Source: Lama guanicoe (taxonomy: Eukaryota). From it: a stretch of 64,000 nt of DNA. Made by a program: the position numbers and the translations under genes. Under the pieces are notes generated by a model. It made no database searches. It was not told the origin of the DNA and saw only the letters and a program-made list of their open reading frames with translations. The DNA lies in the NCBI GenBank assembly GCA_013239625.1, contig MU053379.1:1544974-1608973 (forward strand), given 5' to 3'. Positions 1 through 11,660 of the stretch are shown in pieces (the first letter of the stretch is position 1; each line of letters starts with the position of its first letter).

Positions 1-689
1 ACGTGCCAGGGGAAGCCTGTTGCATTTTCTGATACTCCCAGAGAGAACAGAGCTCCTGGCAGCTCTATTAAATGTAATTTCACTTACATATGAGAGCAGT
101 GTGGTCTGGAAAGGACACAGGTGCCAACTTGATGGAGAGCCCAGTGGCTCGATCTGGGACACTTCGAGCAAGAAAATAATCATCGTAATAGATTGTGACC
201 CAGAAAATAAAATAAATATCCATCAGTCCATGCTGAGATAAGTAAGTGATTAAACAGAGACAGAAATGGAGGCGGAAGTGAAAGCTCATCCTTAAAGCAG
301 AATTCCAGCTGTTCAGGCTAAAGGGGGTGACTGGACTAGAAAATGACCTTTAGCACACATCACACTGATGGACCACGGGTGGCTGCAGAGGCTGTGGAGT
401 GAAGTATGACACGAAACAGGATATTTGCAAAGCCTCAGAGTATCTCCCTTCAAGACGCTGATTCGTTACAAAGGGCAGCAGCAGCTCTGCGGGGGAGAGG
501 CCCGGTGGGCAGCACCTCGACCATGTGGCCAAGGGCAGCGGCCCCAGTGAGGGGCCCGGCTGGCACCAAGTGCCCCGGTGTGATGCACTGAGCGGGACAC
601 CAGATCACTCCTGCCAAACAGCCTCGACCTAATTGTGAGAAAGCATCAGGCAGACTGGAAGTGGGTTCTGGGGTCACTCTGCCTCTGTT

Positions 690-895
690 CATACCTGGCC
701 ATCCTGCTTGCCAGCTGTGCGACTTTGGAAAGTCACCTCATTTCTGCTTACCTCAGTTTCCTTGTCTGTAAAACAAGGTACCCAGCTGGTGTACAGCTCA
801 GACGGTTATCATGTGGATTAAATGTTAATTTAGTTGATTAAGTGTGAATACATGCACAGTGCCACAGCGGGGCCTCAGCGCAGAGTAAGGGCTGT
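690..895 (+). mobile_element. MIR SINE
   Basis: MIR core cctcagtttccttgtctgtaaaa ... gtggattaaatg ... cacagtgcc. Confidence 0.75.
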
Positions 896-1404
896 GCTGT
901 TACATGCGGTTCCATGTGACACCAGCGGCATCTTCTGCTGACCTTAGGGCTATTTTCTTTCTTTCTTTCTTTTTTTCCCCTCTCACTGTGCTTCTGGAAG
1001 CTTTCTGATGCAGGCCCTGGTGCTGGTTCCTCCTCCAACCAGCTGTTTTGCTCTAAAAGCATTTCCCACCCCACCAGCAGGCGGGTGAAGCCAAACCAGC
1101 ACCAGCACCCGTGCCTTAAGGGTCATCCACTCTTGAAGGAATCAGAGTAACTGTTCTCTCACTTAGCATTGTTGGAAAGACAGAGCTCATGTCACCATGG
1201 AACTTTCTGTGGCCAGTTTCCCTTATTCCCAGCATGGAGTCCAGACCGTTCTGGGCTTGTGAGACCTTGTGTTTTGGGGGGGTGGTGTGGATCTGCCTCA
1301 CAATGACCTGTCTGAGCTCTCACCCCATGTCACATTTTAGCATCTGTTTGGCCAGTAAGGCTGCAGCACACACACCGGCCTCATTCCCCACTTGGCCTTA
1401 CCTT

Positions 1405-1435
1405 TGATGTCACAATCTGACCTGCGGATATTAAT
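1405..1435 (+). promoter_or_regulatory. candidate SCP2D1 proximal promoter: CRE-like TGATGTCA, nuclear-receptor half-site TGACCT, AT-rich GATATTAAT
   Basis: Motifs at 1405-1412, 1418-1423 and 1427-1435, 55-90 bp upstream of the ATG. Function is inferred. Confidence 0.35.
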
Positions 1436-1460
1436 CTGGCTACAGCTGCTCACAGACCAG

Positions 1461-1962
<502 letters not shown>

Positions 1963-2040
1963 GCATGCAATACTACCAAGGAAGTGATCAGAACTTCTCT
2001 CTGATCAGAATGTTGAGCAGAAGTCATGCTTAAACTGAAG

Positions 2041-2046
2041 ATTAAA
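2041..2046 (+). terminator. polyadenylation signal ATTAAA for SCP2D1
   Basis: ATTAAA about 80 nt after the stop codon, followed by T-rich sequence. Confidence 0.55.
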
Positions 2047-2547
2047 ACAAAAAGTATTCAATATTTTTACTCAAATTCTTCCTATTCAAGTTTGATTAAT
2101 TTTCCTGCTGATATGTAAATTTGGAGTGAGCGTTCTAGAGCAGTAAAGAGTGTTGGAGTGTATTACCCAAAATCTTTGTCTTTTTCTTTTCTTAGATTCA
2201 TTTATGCCATCATGTGGTAGGGTCAACGCCCCAGTTAGAGAAATGGGTGGTTTTGACAGTTGGATTTAAATGCTCCGATGATTGATTTCCTGAAACTTCG
2301 TTTTGTTTTCGTTTTCAGTCGGGTGCTTTGGGAAGGAAGTGGTGACCGTCCTTGGGCAGGTCTGCATTCCCACTGGTAGCTCGGTCCTTTGAGGAGACTC
2401 TAACACAGGCTTGTGCGGCTCTCGGAGGGGGTGCGCCCCAGCCGTGTGGGTGGAACAGGGCCATAGAGGGCCTGCGCTCCTGGCGCAGCATGACTTCTGA
2501 CGGGTTTAATTCCAGGGGAGTCAAAGGGCCTGAAAGGTGTTCTAGGC

Positions 2548-2720
2548 TACTGGTTCTTAATCCAGAACATGCATCGGATTACTTGGAAGGCTGGGGGAAC
2601 CCAAACTGCTGGGACCCCTCAGAGTCTTAGCTCTGGGTGTAGACCCGGGAGATACACGTTCCCAGCAAGTTCCCGGGTGATGCCGATGGGACCACCCTCG
2701 CAGAGCTCCCGCTCTGGTTC
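2548..2720. mobile_element. MER5A-like hAT DNA transposon
   Basis: ggttcttaatcc ... ctgggtgtagacccggga ... caagttcccgggtgatgccgatg. Confidence 0.6.
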
Positions 2721-3059
2721 ATCCGCAGCCTCAGTGTTGATCATAACCACTCTGCTCTAGACCAGTAAGATGCTGCCAGTTTTAAAGGACCTCCTGCAGA
2801 CAGATGACATAGCCCTCTTGGGGGCCGTTTCTGGAGTGTCAGGAGCTTGTGCACTGAGCATTTTACAAAATCAAAGGTCATGCTGGGAGATTTTCCCTTC
2901 TGGGAACCCTCTCCACGCGTGGGGAGGACTGGAATGAAGCAGCTGCCACCCGATGTGGCCTCCTCATGGGTGAGTGTGTAGGTCATTTGTTACCACGTGA
3001 TCAGCGTAGGTTAAATACACATAGCGTCGGCCCACTGAGACCCGTGTGGAGGCTTCATT

Positions 3060-3615
3060 AAAATGGCTGTGCTCAAGCGCACGCCTACCAAAGGGCCCAG
3101 CCATTCCTCTCCTAGGTGTTTTCCCAAGAGGAAAGCATATGCACAAGCACAAACATTTATACGTGAATGTTCGTGATCGCCCCAAACTGTACATAGGACA
3201 GGTGTCCATCGGTAGGTGAGCGGACTGTGGTCTGTTGCATCCTGGAGCACTACTCAGCTGTAAGATGGGGTGAATTCTTGATGTGCCCGCAACAACATGA
3301 CGGCGTGAGAACTGCGCTGAGTGAAAGAAGCCGGAGGGCACCACGGATGAGCCCATTCGTGTCACAGTGGAAAATGCAAACGCAGTGACAGAGCAGTGGT
3401 TGCCAAGAGGTGGGACGGGGAGTCGAGGGGAGGGGGTTGGGAAGGGGCGTTGTAAATGGCCGGGAGGAGACTTGGGGCCGGTGGGTAAACTTGGTCGTCT
3501 TGATCGTGGGCGTGGTTTCACAGGTGTGTGTGTCGGTCAGACACCACGTTGTACACTTCACGCACACGTAGGCAGTTTGTTACGAGTCAGCGTAAGTTCA
3601 ATAATGCTATTTTAA
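3060..3615 (+). mobile_element. old LINE-1 (L1M) ORF2 end/3'UTR fragment
   Basis: cccagccattcctctcctaggtgttttcccaagag, tgagtgaaagaagcc, agtggttgcc: typical L1MB-ME 3' motifs. Confidence 0.75.
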
Positions 3616-5344
3616 AAGCCTGCTGTTCTCCATTCAAAATGAAGCCTTTATAAAGGGGCTTTAAAACCCGATTCTTCTCTCAGCCTGCTCCTCTGACCTC
3701 ATCACGCCCGCCTTCCCCCTCACTGATCTGGATGCCTCTGCAGAGGACTTCCTAAAGTCTCCAGAACAAGGCAGAGCGAGGGCTCGTTGTTGACAGAATC
3801 TCATTCTCTCCGAGGGCAGTGAAGAGACCGTCCTTGAGCTGACGCTCAGCTCCGTGGTCGGGAATCGCGGTCGGACTGGGAGTGGGACACGGGGAAATCG
3901 CTGGTTTCTTGGCTCACCTGGGTCGTGCAGTAGGCGATCGGTGTGGTGGTGCTGGCGGTGCCCCCGCCCTGTGGCTGTGCGGTGTGTCTCGGCGGCTTCA
4001 GACTGATTTCGGATACTGTTGTGAGCCCTTACCTTGCCTGGTCCAGACACCTGTGCTCAAGCTGTATTTATGAGAGTCAGGCACGGTGGAGCCGGCGTTT
4101 GGGGGCTGCTTTTAGGGACATGACTTGCCCAACCTGTTCCCTGAGTCATCCTGCTCATACCCTGAGTTGGTCTTCTGGGGACTGACCCTGAGGCAAGGGT
4201 TAGAGATGGGGTAGGGGGTGGAGAGGGGTTACCGAGGGTCACAGCTGGGCTGGCATCTGACCACAGGGAGGCCCACCCCATAGCCTGACCAGGGACCTGT
4301 GACCCTTGTCACTTGGGACAGAAACATGACTCTGACCAGTTAGATTCCTTTCTTAGGAGTTTGGAACTGGGAAGCTGAGAGACTGGGCTACAGGTGAGCA
4401 GTAGGAATGGAGTCCCAAAGGCTGGGGTGGAGGGGGTGGGGAGGCGCTGCAGGGGTGGGCTGTGGTGGGAGCTGGAAGGGAGAGCCGAGCCTTAAGAGAG
4501 GAGAGAGGCTGGTTCGCTAGTGAGGGGAGAAGAGCCCAGGCCCGGGAAACTAGACAGCAAACCCCTTTGCAATGAAAAGAACCAAGTCACGAGATGCCAG
4601 GATGCCACGTGGGGCCGCTGGGAGGATGCAGGTTTGGGAATCAGAAGCACAGCTTTGAGCCAGAGTCACCAGATCACACCTGTGTAATGTCAGGCAGTTA
4701 CTGAGCCGCTCTGGCCTCCACAGCTCGTGTGACAAGGGGCCCATAGCCCTGACAACGTCAGGTTGTTGGGGAGCTGGGAGCAGGTGACCTGCACTGTGAC
4801 TGGGGGAGGTGGGTCTTCCGCGTGTGTGAGTTCCCTTTCTCTTCTGGAAGGGAGGACAGGGGCACTTGCACTGGGTCCCTGTTGCCTCCTGAAAAAGTCC
4901 ACACTTGGGGCTTCCACGCTCTGTCCCCGGACCTCCTGCTTTTTCTCTGACACTCAGAAGGTCACATCTGGGTCAAGACCCACATCTCTGTGTGGCTTAG
5001 GCTGCACAAGGTTGGCCAGCAGTGTTTAAAATTTGAATGAGAATATTTTATACAAAAATTGGATGTCGATTTTCTTGAAGAGCTGGAATATTTGGTCGCA
5101 CTGGGCCCTATTCCTGCCAGGCTTGGGTGACGGGGCGTGCGGCGGGCTCTCCCGCAGGGCCAGGCCCGCCCTGCGCGCTGCCTGCTTGCCTCCCAGGCTC
5201 TGCTGGTGGCCCCCCACCATTGTGTCCACGCTGTTGTTTTCTCCAGCTGGGCCGGCTTTGTGGGGGCTCCTGTGAGTATTTGCCTTCGTGACCCCAGCTC
5301 CCCACAGTATTGGCCTTACTCTCACCTAACGGAGTGGCCCCAGG

Positions 5345-5992
5345 TTAGTTTCCTGTAGCTGCGTCACAAGACCCTCTCACCGCGTCTGCAGGCCGGGAGT
5401 GTCGGGGCTCGCTGGCTCCTCTGCTTCCGTCTCGTCTAGCAGGCCTGAGATCAAGGCTGGGCTCTCACCTGGGGGCCTGGGGGGACAATCTGCTCCCGCT
5501 CACTTGGGTTGTGGCCGAATTCAGTTCCTTGTGGTTGTAGCACTGAGGTCCCTGTTTCCTTGCTGGTAGTCAGCCAGGGACGCCCTCAGGTCCGGAAAGC
5601 CCCCTGCATTCTTCCCTCTGCAAAGCGGCAAAGCCACATGGAGTCCTCCAGGCTTGAGATCTCTTTGAACTCTCCGCCTTCTTGTCTGCCACTGGGTGAA
5701 GGGTTTGGACGCTTACACTGGGCCCAGCCCGGTAATCCAGGATCCTCTCCCTCCCAACCAGGAGGAGAGCTCTCACCAGAACCTGGCCACGTGGCACCCC
5801 GATCCCAGACTTCCTGCCTCCAGACTAGAGAAATAAGTGCCTGCTGTGTACGGCGCCCAGTCTGTGGGCCTCTGTTACGGCAGCCCCAGCTGACAGAGTC
5901 AGGCAGTGCATCCGTGGGTGTGAGGTATCGTCCTACCCATGGTTCTGGGGGTTGGGCTGTAAAATCTTCCTGGGGGCCATAATTCTGCCTAC
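5345..5992 (-). mobile_element. MaLR LTR (MLT1D/E-like), interrupted by a second MaLR fragment
   Basis: gttgtggccgaattcagttccttgtggttgtagcactgaggtccctgtttccttgctgg; ends gggggccataattctgcctacc. Confidence 0.7.
5760..5897 (+). mobile_element. MLT1A-like LTR 3' fragment nested in the preceding LTR
   Basis: ctctcaccagaacctggccacgtggcacc ... gcctccagactagagaaataag ... cccagtctgtgg ... gcagccccagctgac. Confidence 0.7.
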
Positions 5993-8401
5993 CTCCCCGG
6001 CTGAGTCTACCCTCTAAGTCCTGCCTGCCCTTCAGATCCTCCTCCGGGAAGCTGCCCTGATTCAGTTGCCATCTCCCCATGGCTCTGGCGTCCCTCCTGC
6101 TTTCTAGCCCTGGGTCCTGGCTGTGGATGAGCGTTGTCCTGTCTGGGCCACCAAACATCTTGGTTACCCGGGACAGTCTCATTTCACACTGCTGTCAGTT
6201 AGTGGTACCCGTTCTTCAGAGGGTGTCAGCTTGGATGACAGGTTACAACATGGCTCACCTGTGCACCTCCCCCCCAGTACCCCTGAGGACAGGGATCAGT
6301 CAGTGCCTCACCTGCTTTCTACTTATCTTGTTCTCTTAATGCTTGAAACTCACTGTACCCTCCAAAATTGCTTGTTGAATGAATAAAAAAACTCAACATT
6401 TTTTTTTGAAAAATATGCACATGGAAAAAGATCCAAATACTGCAGAGGAGCACACAGAGAAAATTCAGTTCTTCATGTGTCTCCTGACCCTGTGCTCCTG
6501 TGTTCACACCTGCGGGCGCCCGCAGTTACTGCTGCTCGTGTGTCCTTCCTGGTCTGCACGCCCCCCACCGTGCAGGTCCCACCCCTCCCTTTTCTCTTTT
6601 TACAGCAACGGCCCGTGATCTCAGATGCTGTTCTCCACCTTGCACTTTAACTCCGAAAGCTTGCACACAGATCTCACCCAGCTGAAACTTTTCTCACGCT
6701 TACCTGAGTCCTTTAGGGAAAAACCTCACAACGAGCTGCTTCACAAGTGAAGGGTGCGGAATGGCCCCTCTTGGAGGGGGGGTTTATTTCCGCTTATTGT
6801 GTGAGCAGTCCTGCCAGCTGATCCTCCGTGTTCCCAGAGCCATGGGCGGGGCTGGGAGATGCCTGTGCCCATGGCTTCTCCTGACCCTCCTGTCTGCCCA
6901 AGGCCTCACGAGGGTGCCCGGTGTGATGGGCCCTAGATGGAGGATGCTGGGGTCCCTGCCAGGCCCTGGGCCCTTTCCCTCTGCGACCACGAGGGTTGTG
7001 TGGTCCCTAAGCGGTAGCCCCAGCTCTGAAGTAGGAATCGCCAGGGAGAGCTGCAGAATCAGGCGTGCCTGTGGCAGGCAGATGTGGGAGCAGGGCAGAG
7101 CGAGGCGCCCCGGCCCTCCAGCAGGAGCCCTGAGTTCGCCCTGGCCAGGGCTGTTGCATCCTTTGCCTGAGCAGGAAAGGAGACAAAATGTGTTCTGAGG
7201 AAGGATTTGTTTTTGATCATTTTTTTGTTAGAGGCACAGGAATCTTTCTCCTGGGAGAGTGCCCCCTCGCCCCTCAGTTTTATATGGGTGTTAATGAAGC
7301 CCACACTTCGGAGTTTTTTTGTGTTTCTGCCAAGGGGTGGGAGGAGGGCAGTCAGCCCCAGGTGACGGCTGTGGTCCTCTGGGGCAGAAGTGAGGGGCTC
7401 CTTCAGGGGACAGCCCTCAGGGGTGGGTGTCAGCCCACGTGCTGGGCGCCCTCGCTGATGACTCTTCACCACCTTCATCGTCCGTTGCCTCCTTTACACT
7501 TTCAGGGACTTGCACCTCTGATTCGGTGGAAAGTACTCAGGAAGTCTTGAGTACAAGGCCAGCACGCCGTGAAAACTTAGTACAACTGCCTATTGAAAAG
7601 TTACCGCTTCACAGATGGAACAGCTTGTTCACTTAGCCAACATTTGCAGTCCATCTCCCAGGAGCGGGCCCTGTGCTAAGCGCTGAGATGCAGTGAAGAG
7701 GTACTCCATCTGCACCAAGGAGGCGAATCCCTGTGGGAAGGGGCTCAGGGGGCTAAAAGCGCAGCGAGGCCAGGCTAGTGGAGGCAGTTAGGGCAGGGCC
7801 TGGGCTGAAAGAGCTTCCACCTCCTTCTGCGGAAGGGAGACCTGGCTGTGCCCTGGGCCTGGCGGGGCGGAGCAAGTGGCTCACGGCCTGAGGGGGTTTC
7901 TCTGAGGTGCCTCTGCCAGTGTGTAGCTGGGACCGAGATTTGGGAGTTGTCAGGGCCTCCCTGGTCTCTCCCTTCCTCCGATGGGAACCGGGTGGTCTCA
8001 GTTCCCACAGGTGGGTCCACTCATGTGATTTCTGGCATGAGATCCAGGAAGGCACCAGCAACGAGGGCAAGCTGTCCGTTCAGGAGAGTCTGCGTTGGGG
8101 CAGGCTTGAGGTTTTTGCACTGAACTGTGCATCTCACTGACTGACTGACGCATTCATCACATAAGGTCATCTGACATGTTCTGGGCGCTCATGGTGTTAA
8201 GGGCTGTGGACTGTTATTCGTGAGACCAGGATTTGCCCCGACTGGTCAGACCCTGTTCTGGGGCATTTCTCCTTTACCACAGTCGTCATCAAACTTCCTG
8301 GGAATCTCTGCTGGTTCCAGTTGCTGGGGGACAGTGGCGAGCAAGCTGAGGGTCCCCCTCTCCCAGAGGTTTTATTTTCGGGGGGCATGTGAGGCTGGTG
8401 G

Positions 8402-9017
8402 TGTAACCAGTGTTCCAGGTTCTTGTCCCGTTCCAGTGGTTAAAAAAGTAAAGTGAGAATTTGTTAAAGGATGGATAGTACCTTCTCAAGGGGACAGCGG
8501 GCAGGCTCGGGCGAGCGGCTGCCCTGAGTTTCTTTGGCAAGTTAGTTACATAGGGTGTTAGAATGGGCAGAATATTCATTGGGGAGGGAAGGGTCTGGGG
8601 TCATATTCCCTGATTATCATCCCAACTCCACCTTCCCAAAAGGAGGAGGGATTTTTGTCCTCTTTTAGTCTGGATCGGAAGTCTCATGGCGTCGGTGCAT
8701 GATGGGTACTTTTAATCTGCAAGGCTAATTTTATTGTAATGAGGACATAATGAGACAAAGATTACATTGAGACGCTGGAGAGTCCTGCCTTTTCTCACCT
8801 TTCTTTGTCAGCCTCTGGGCCACTTATCGCCCCCAAAGGTGTGACCACTTACCAGCCCAGAGGTTCCTGCTTTTCCTGCTCTGCCCGGGGACCCCTGATG
8901 CCTATGTAATGCAAGGTTCCCTGCGTTTGGCCTGTGGCCCTCCTCTCTGCCCAATTTCTGCCCTTTGGCCTGTGTCCCCTTTCTCTGTTCACATCTAGCT
9001 CTCTGCCTGCTCAAACA
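8402..9017 (-). mobile_element. ERV1-class solo LTR inserted in an L2 remnant
   Basis: TG...CA termini with 4-bp flanks gtgg/atgg. On the minus strand the order is CCAAT (8578-8582), TATA-like (8546-8553), polyA variant AACAAA (8460-8465). Confidence 0.7.
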
Positions 9018-11224
9018 ATGGGAGCCAAGCAGTAAACAGTAAATAATCCAACAAGACTGCAGAAAGTGCTACGAAAAGGGAAGAACACGGGGATGGCGGC
9101 CAAGGGGTGGCGGGTGGCCGGGGCGGCCTCACGGAGACGGGCCTCCAGGATCCAGCACTTCAGGAGCAGAGCCCGGGCAGAGATTCGGGGGTGGGGGGCA
9201 GCAGTGCACCTAGGGGGTGGTCCTGGGCGGGGAAGGCAGGAGATTCAGGGTTTGTATTTGAGCAGGTCATCAGTGTGGGGCTCAGTCCCACAGGGCATTT
9301 GGGGGGATACGGAAGAGTCACCTCACCAAGGACAGGGGGCTCCTGGCAGTCTTGGGGAGGGGGCTGCTCCTGAGACGGGGAGATTGACTCCCAGGCAGAG
9401 TGGGCGAGGGCACCCGAGGAAGCCCTCAGGCAGCGGAGGTCAGCGGGAGGAGGCAGTAGACCCTGCTAGACCCGAGACAGACCCTCGTGGGTGCTGACTT
9501 CTAGCCACCCTAGCAGGACCCAGGGCTGAGGGCTGGGGCTCTGGGACCAGACTGCCTGGGGCTGGGTCTTGCCCCGGCCACTTCCTAGCTGTGGGACCTT
9601 GGGCACGTTGCTTTTATTTATTTAGAAATGCACTTCTTTTAGAGAGAAGCCTGCAAACCCTAAGCGTGCAGCTCAACAAACTTTCCCAAATGGAACAAAC
9701 CCTTGTAACCAGCACCTGGCCTGAGGACTAGGACATGACCAGCAGCCCCGGTTGCCCTCCCAGTCCTCCCTCCTCCAGGACTCCCACTCTTCTGACTTCT
9801 GACATCACATCTGCCTGCTTCTGTATTTTATGTAAACGACTTCTTCCTCTTCCTTCTGTGTCTGAGACCCGTGCACACTGTTGTGGGACGTATGGTTCAT
9901 GCATCTTCCTGCCGGCTGCTGTTCCGTGGTATCCGAATTGTCTCCGGCAGGGGGCTATTTCAGACAGGGCTGCTGTGACCCTTCCTGTGCATCTGTGTGA
10001 TCAGAAGTCCCTTTCTGTCACTTAGTATGTGACAGTGTCTTATCCAAGTTTGCAGTGACAGCCACCCTGTGGCACCTTGCACGCAGTAGGTGCTCCACGA
10101 GTGTTTGTAGGTGAGTCGGGGGCAGGGCGGGTCCAGAGGTGGAGAAACAGCCTCTGTTGGGATTGGGCATCTGATTTGCTTGGTGTGTGACCTGCTCCGT
10201 CTGCTTGGGCCCACGGGGTGGGCTTCAGAAGGAAACTGACGACAGGAAGGGATCGAGCCGGCGCTTACCCACCGCGTGGAGCCCCCGTGGCGGCTGCTGG
10301 AGCTCCTCTTTTACTTTTCTTCGGGGAAAAGATTCTTCCAGACCTGTGACTTGGCTAATCACAAGGAACATCTGCGACCTAAAAATATCCGCTTTGTGCC
10401 ATTTTGTGGAGCACAATATTTATATAGCCCCGCGGTGTAATTAAATTGTGTTTGGTTAACTCTTGAGCACAGCTGGAGGCTCCCCAAGCCCAGGGTGAGA
10501 TGTGCAGGGGCCCGGGGCATGGCCCCTCAGCCTTTTGGCGGGGTGGGACCTGGAGGGGCTCGGAGGGGACGCCGGGAGAACCGTGCGGTGGAGGGCTGCC
10601 TGGCCCACTGGGCAGGTGGGGGGTGGTTATGTCCATGCCTGCGTCTGGCAGCCCCTGGGACACTTTCTCCCGAGGAAAGCTTTTCCCTTAAGAACTCATC
10701 AGAAAGTGCCTCATCTCTAAGTGGCTTTTTTTTGTTGTTTTGTAGCTCGAGGAGGTTTAAGTGCAGTTAATAGCACATTTTTTCTGGAGATGTTCATGCT
10801 TGTTTCCAGGAAACTACATGTATTAATCAGGATTTTATCCGGTAAGGGGTGGAGCTGCGGGCTTTGTCTGTCTTCTCACCAGTAAAGAGTGTGGCTAAAG
10901 GCATTTTTTTGACAAAGGAGTCCCTGGTTTTTAAGCTGAGCAGGTTTATTTGAGACCCCAGAGGCTTGTGCAGCAGGGTCAGAGCCTTTTAGGGCAGGTG
11001 ATCTCAGAACTCCTCTGAAGCCTGAGGACTCCCTTCAAACAGAGGTGTCTTTTCAGAAGTGCATCCGAAGCGTGAGTTGGATTCTAGGGGACTTTGAGGA
11101 CAAGTCTGGAGTTAGGAAGACAGTCCAGGGACAGCACCCCTCCCTGACTGCCCCTTCCTTTGGAATCCTGCTCTTTGCACGAGGAAAGGGACAACCTATT
11201 GGTGGTGTCATCCCTTGAGCGTGT

Positions 11225-11660
11225 GTTCGTTCATCAGCAACAACTGTCCTGTACCCACTCGGCCCCCTGCCCAGGATACAGAATGCAGTGGTGAGCAGAG
11301 CGGACCCCTCTGGTCCTCAGGGAACTTCCAGTGTGGCACCTGGCTACACCCTGTGGTGAGGGCTCGGAAGGAGAAGCTGAAGGGATCCTTGTAGACCAGA
11401 TGGGGTGAAGGCAGGCTTCCTGAGGAATGAGATCAGGGGAGTGAGTGGGAAGTGGGGAAGAGCTGACACCATTCCAGGCAGCGGAAACAGCATGTGCAAA
11501 TGTCCTGTGGCTGGCAGAGCAGGATAAATTCCAGGAACAGAAGACCAAGCCACTGGGGCTGGAGCACAGCAGTCGGTGCTAGACAGTGCAGAAGGCTGGG
11601 CAAAGGGGTCAGCCTGCACACGGCCCTCTAGTTTGGGGACAGGACTTTGCTTGTGATCCT
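11225..11660 (-). mobile_element. L2 LINE 3' fragment
   Basis: ggcttcctgaggaa, cattccaggcagcggaaacagcatgtgcaaatgtcctgtgg: L2 antisense hallmarks. Confidence 0.8.

Noticed and set aside
5005..5110. AT-rich segment similar to 32350-32440 (gttgcca...aaaatt.gat...ttggaa.at.t.gt..cact.gg)
   Set aside because: Probably two copies of an old DNA-transposon family, but I cannot name it reliably, so it is not listed as a feature.
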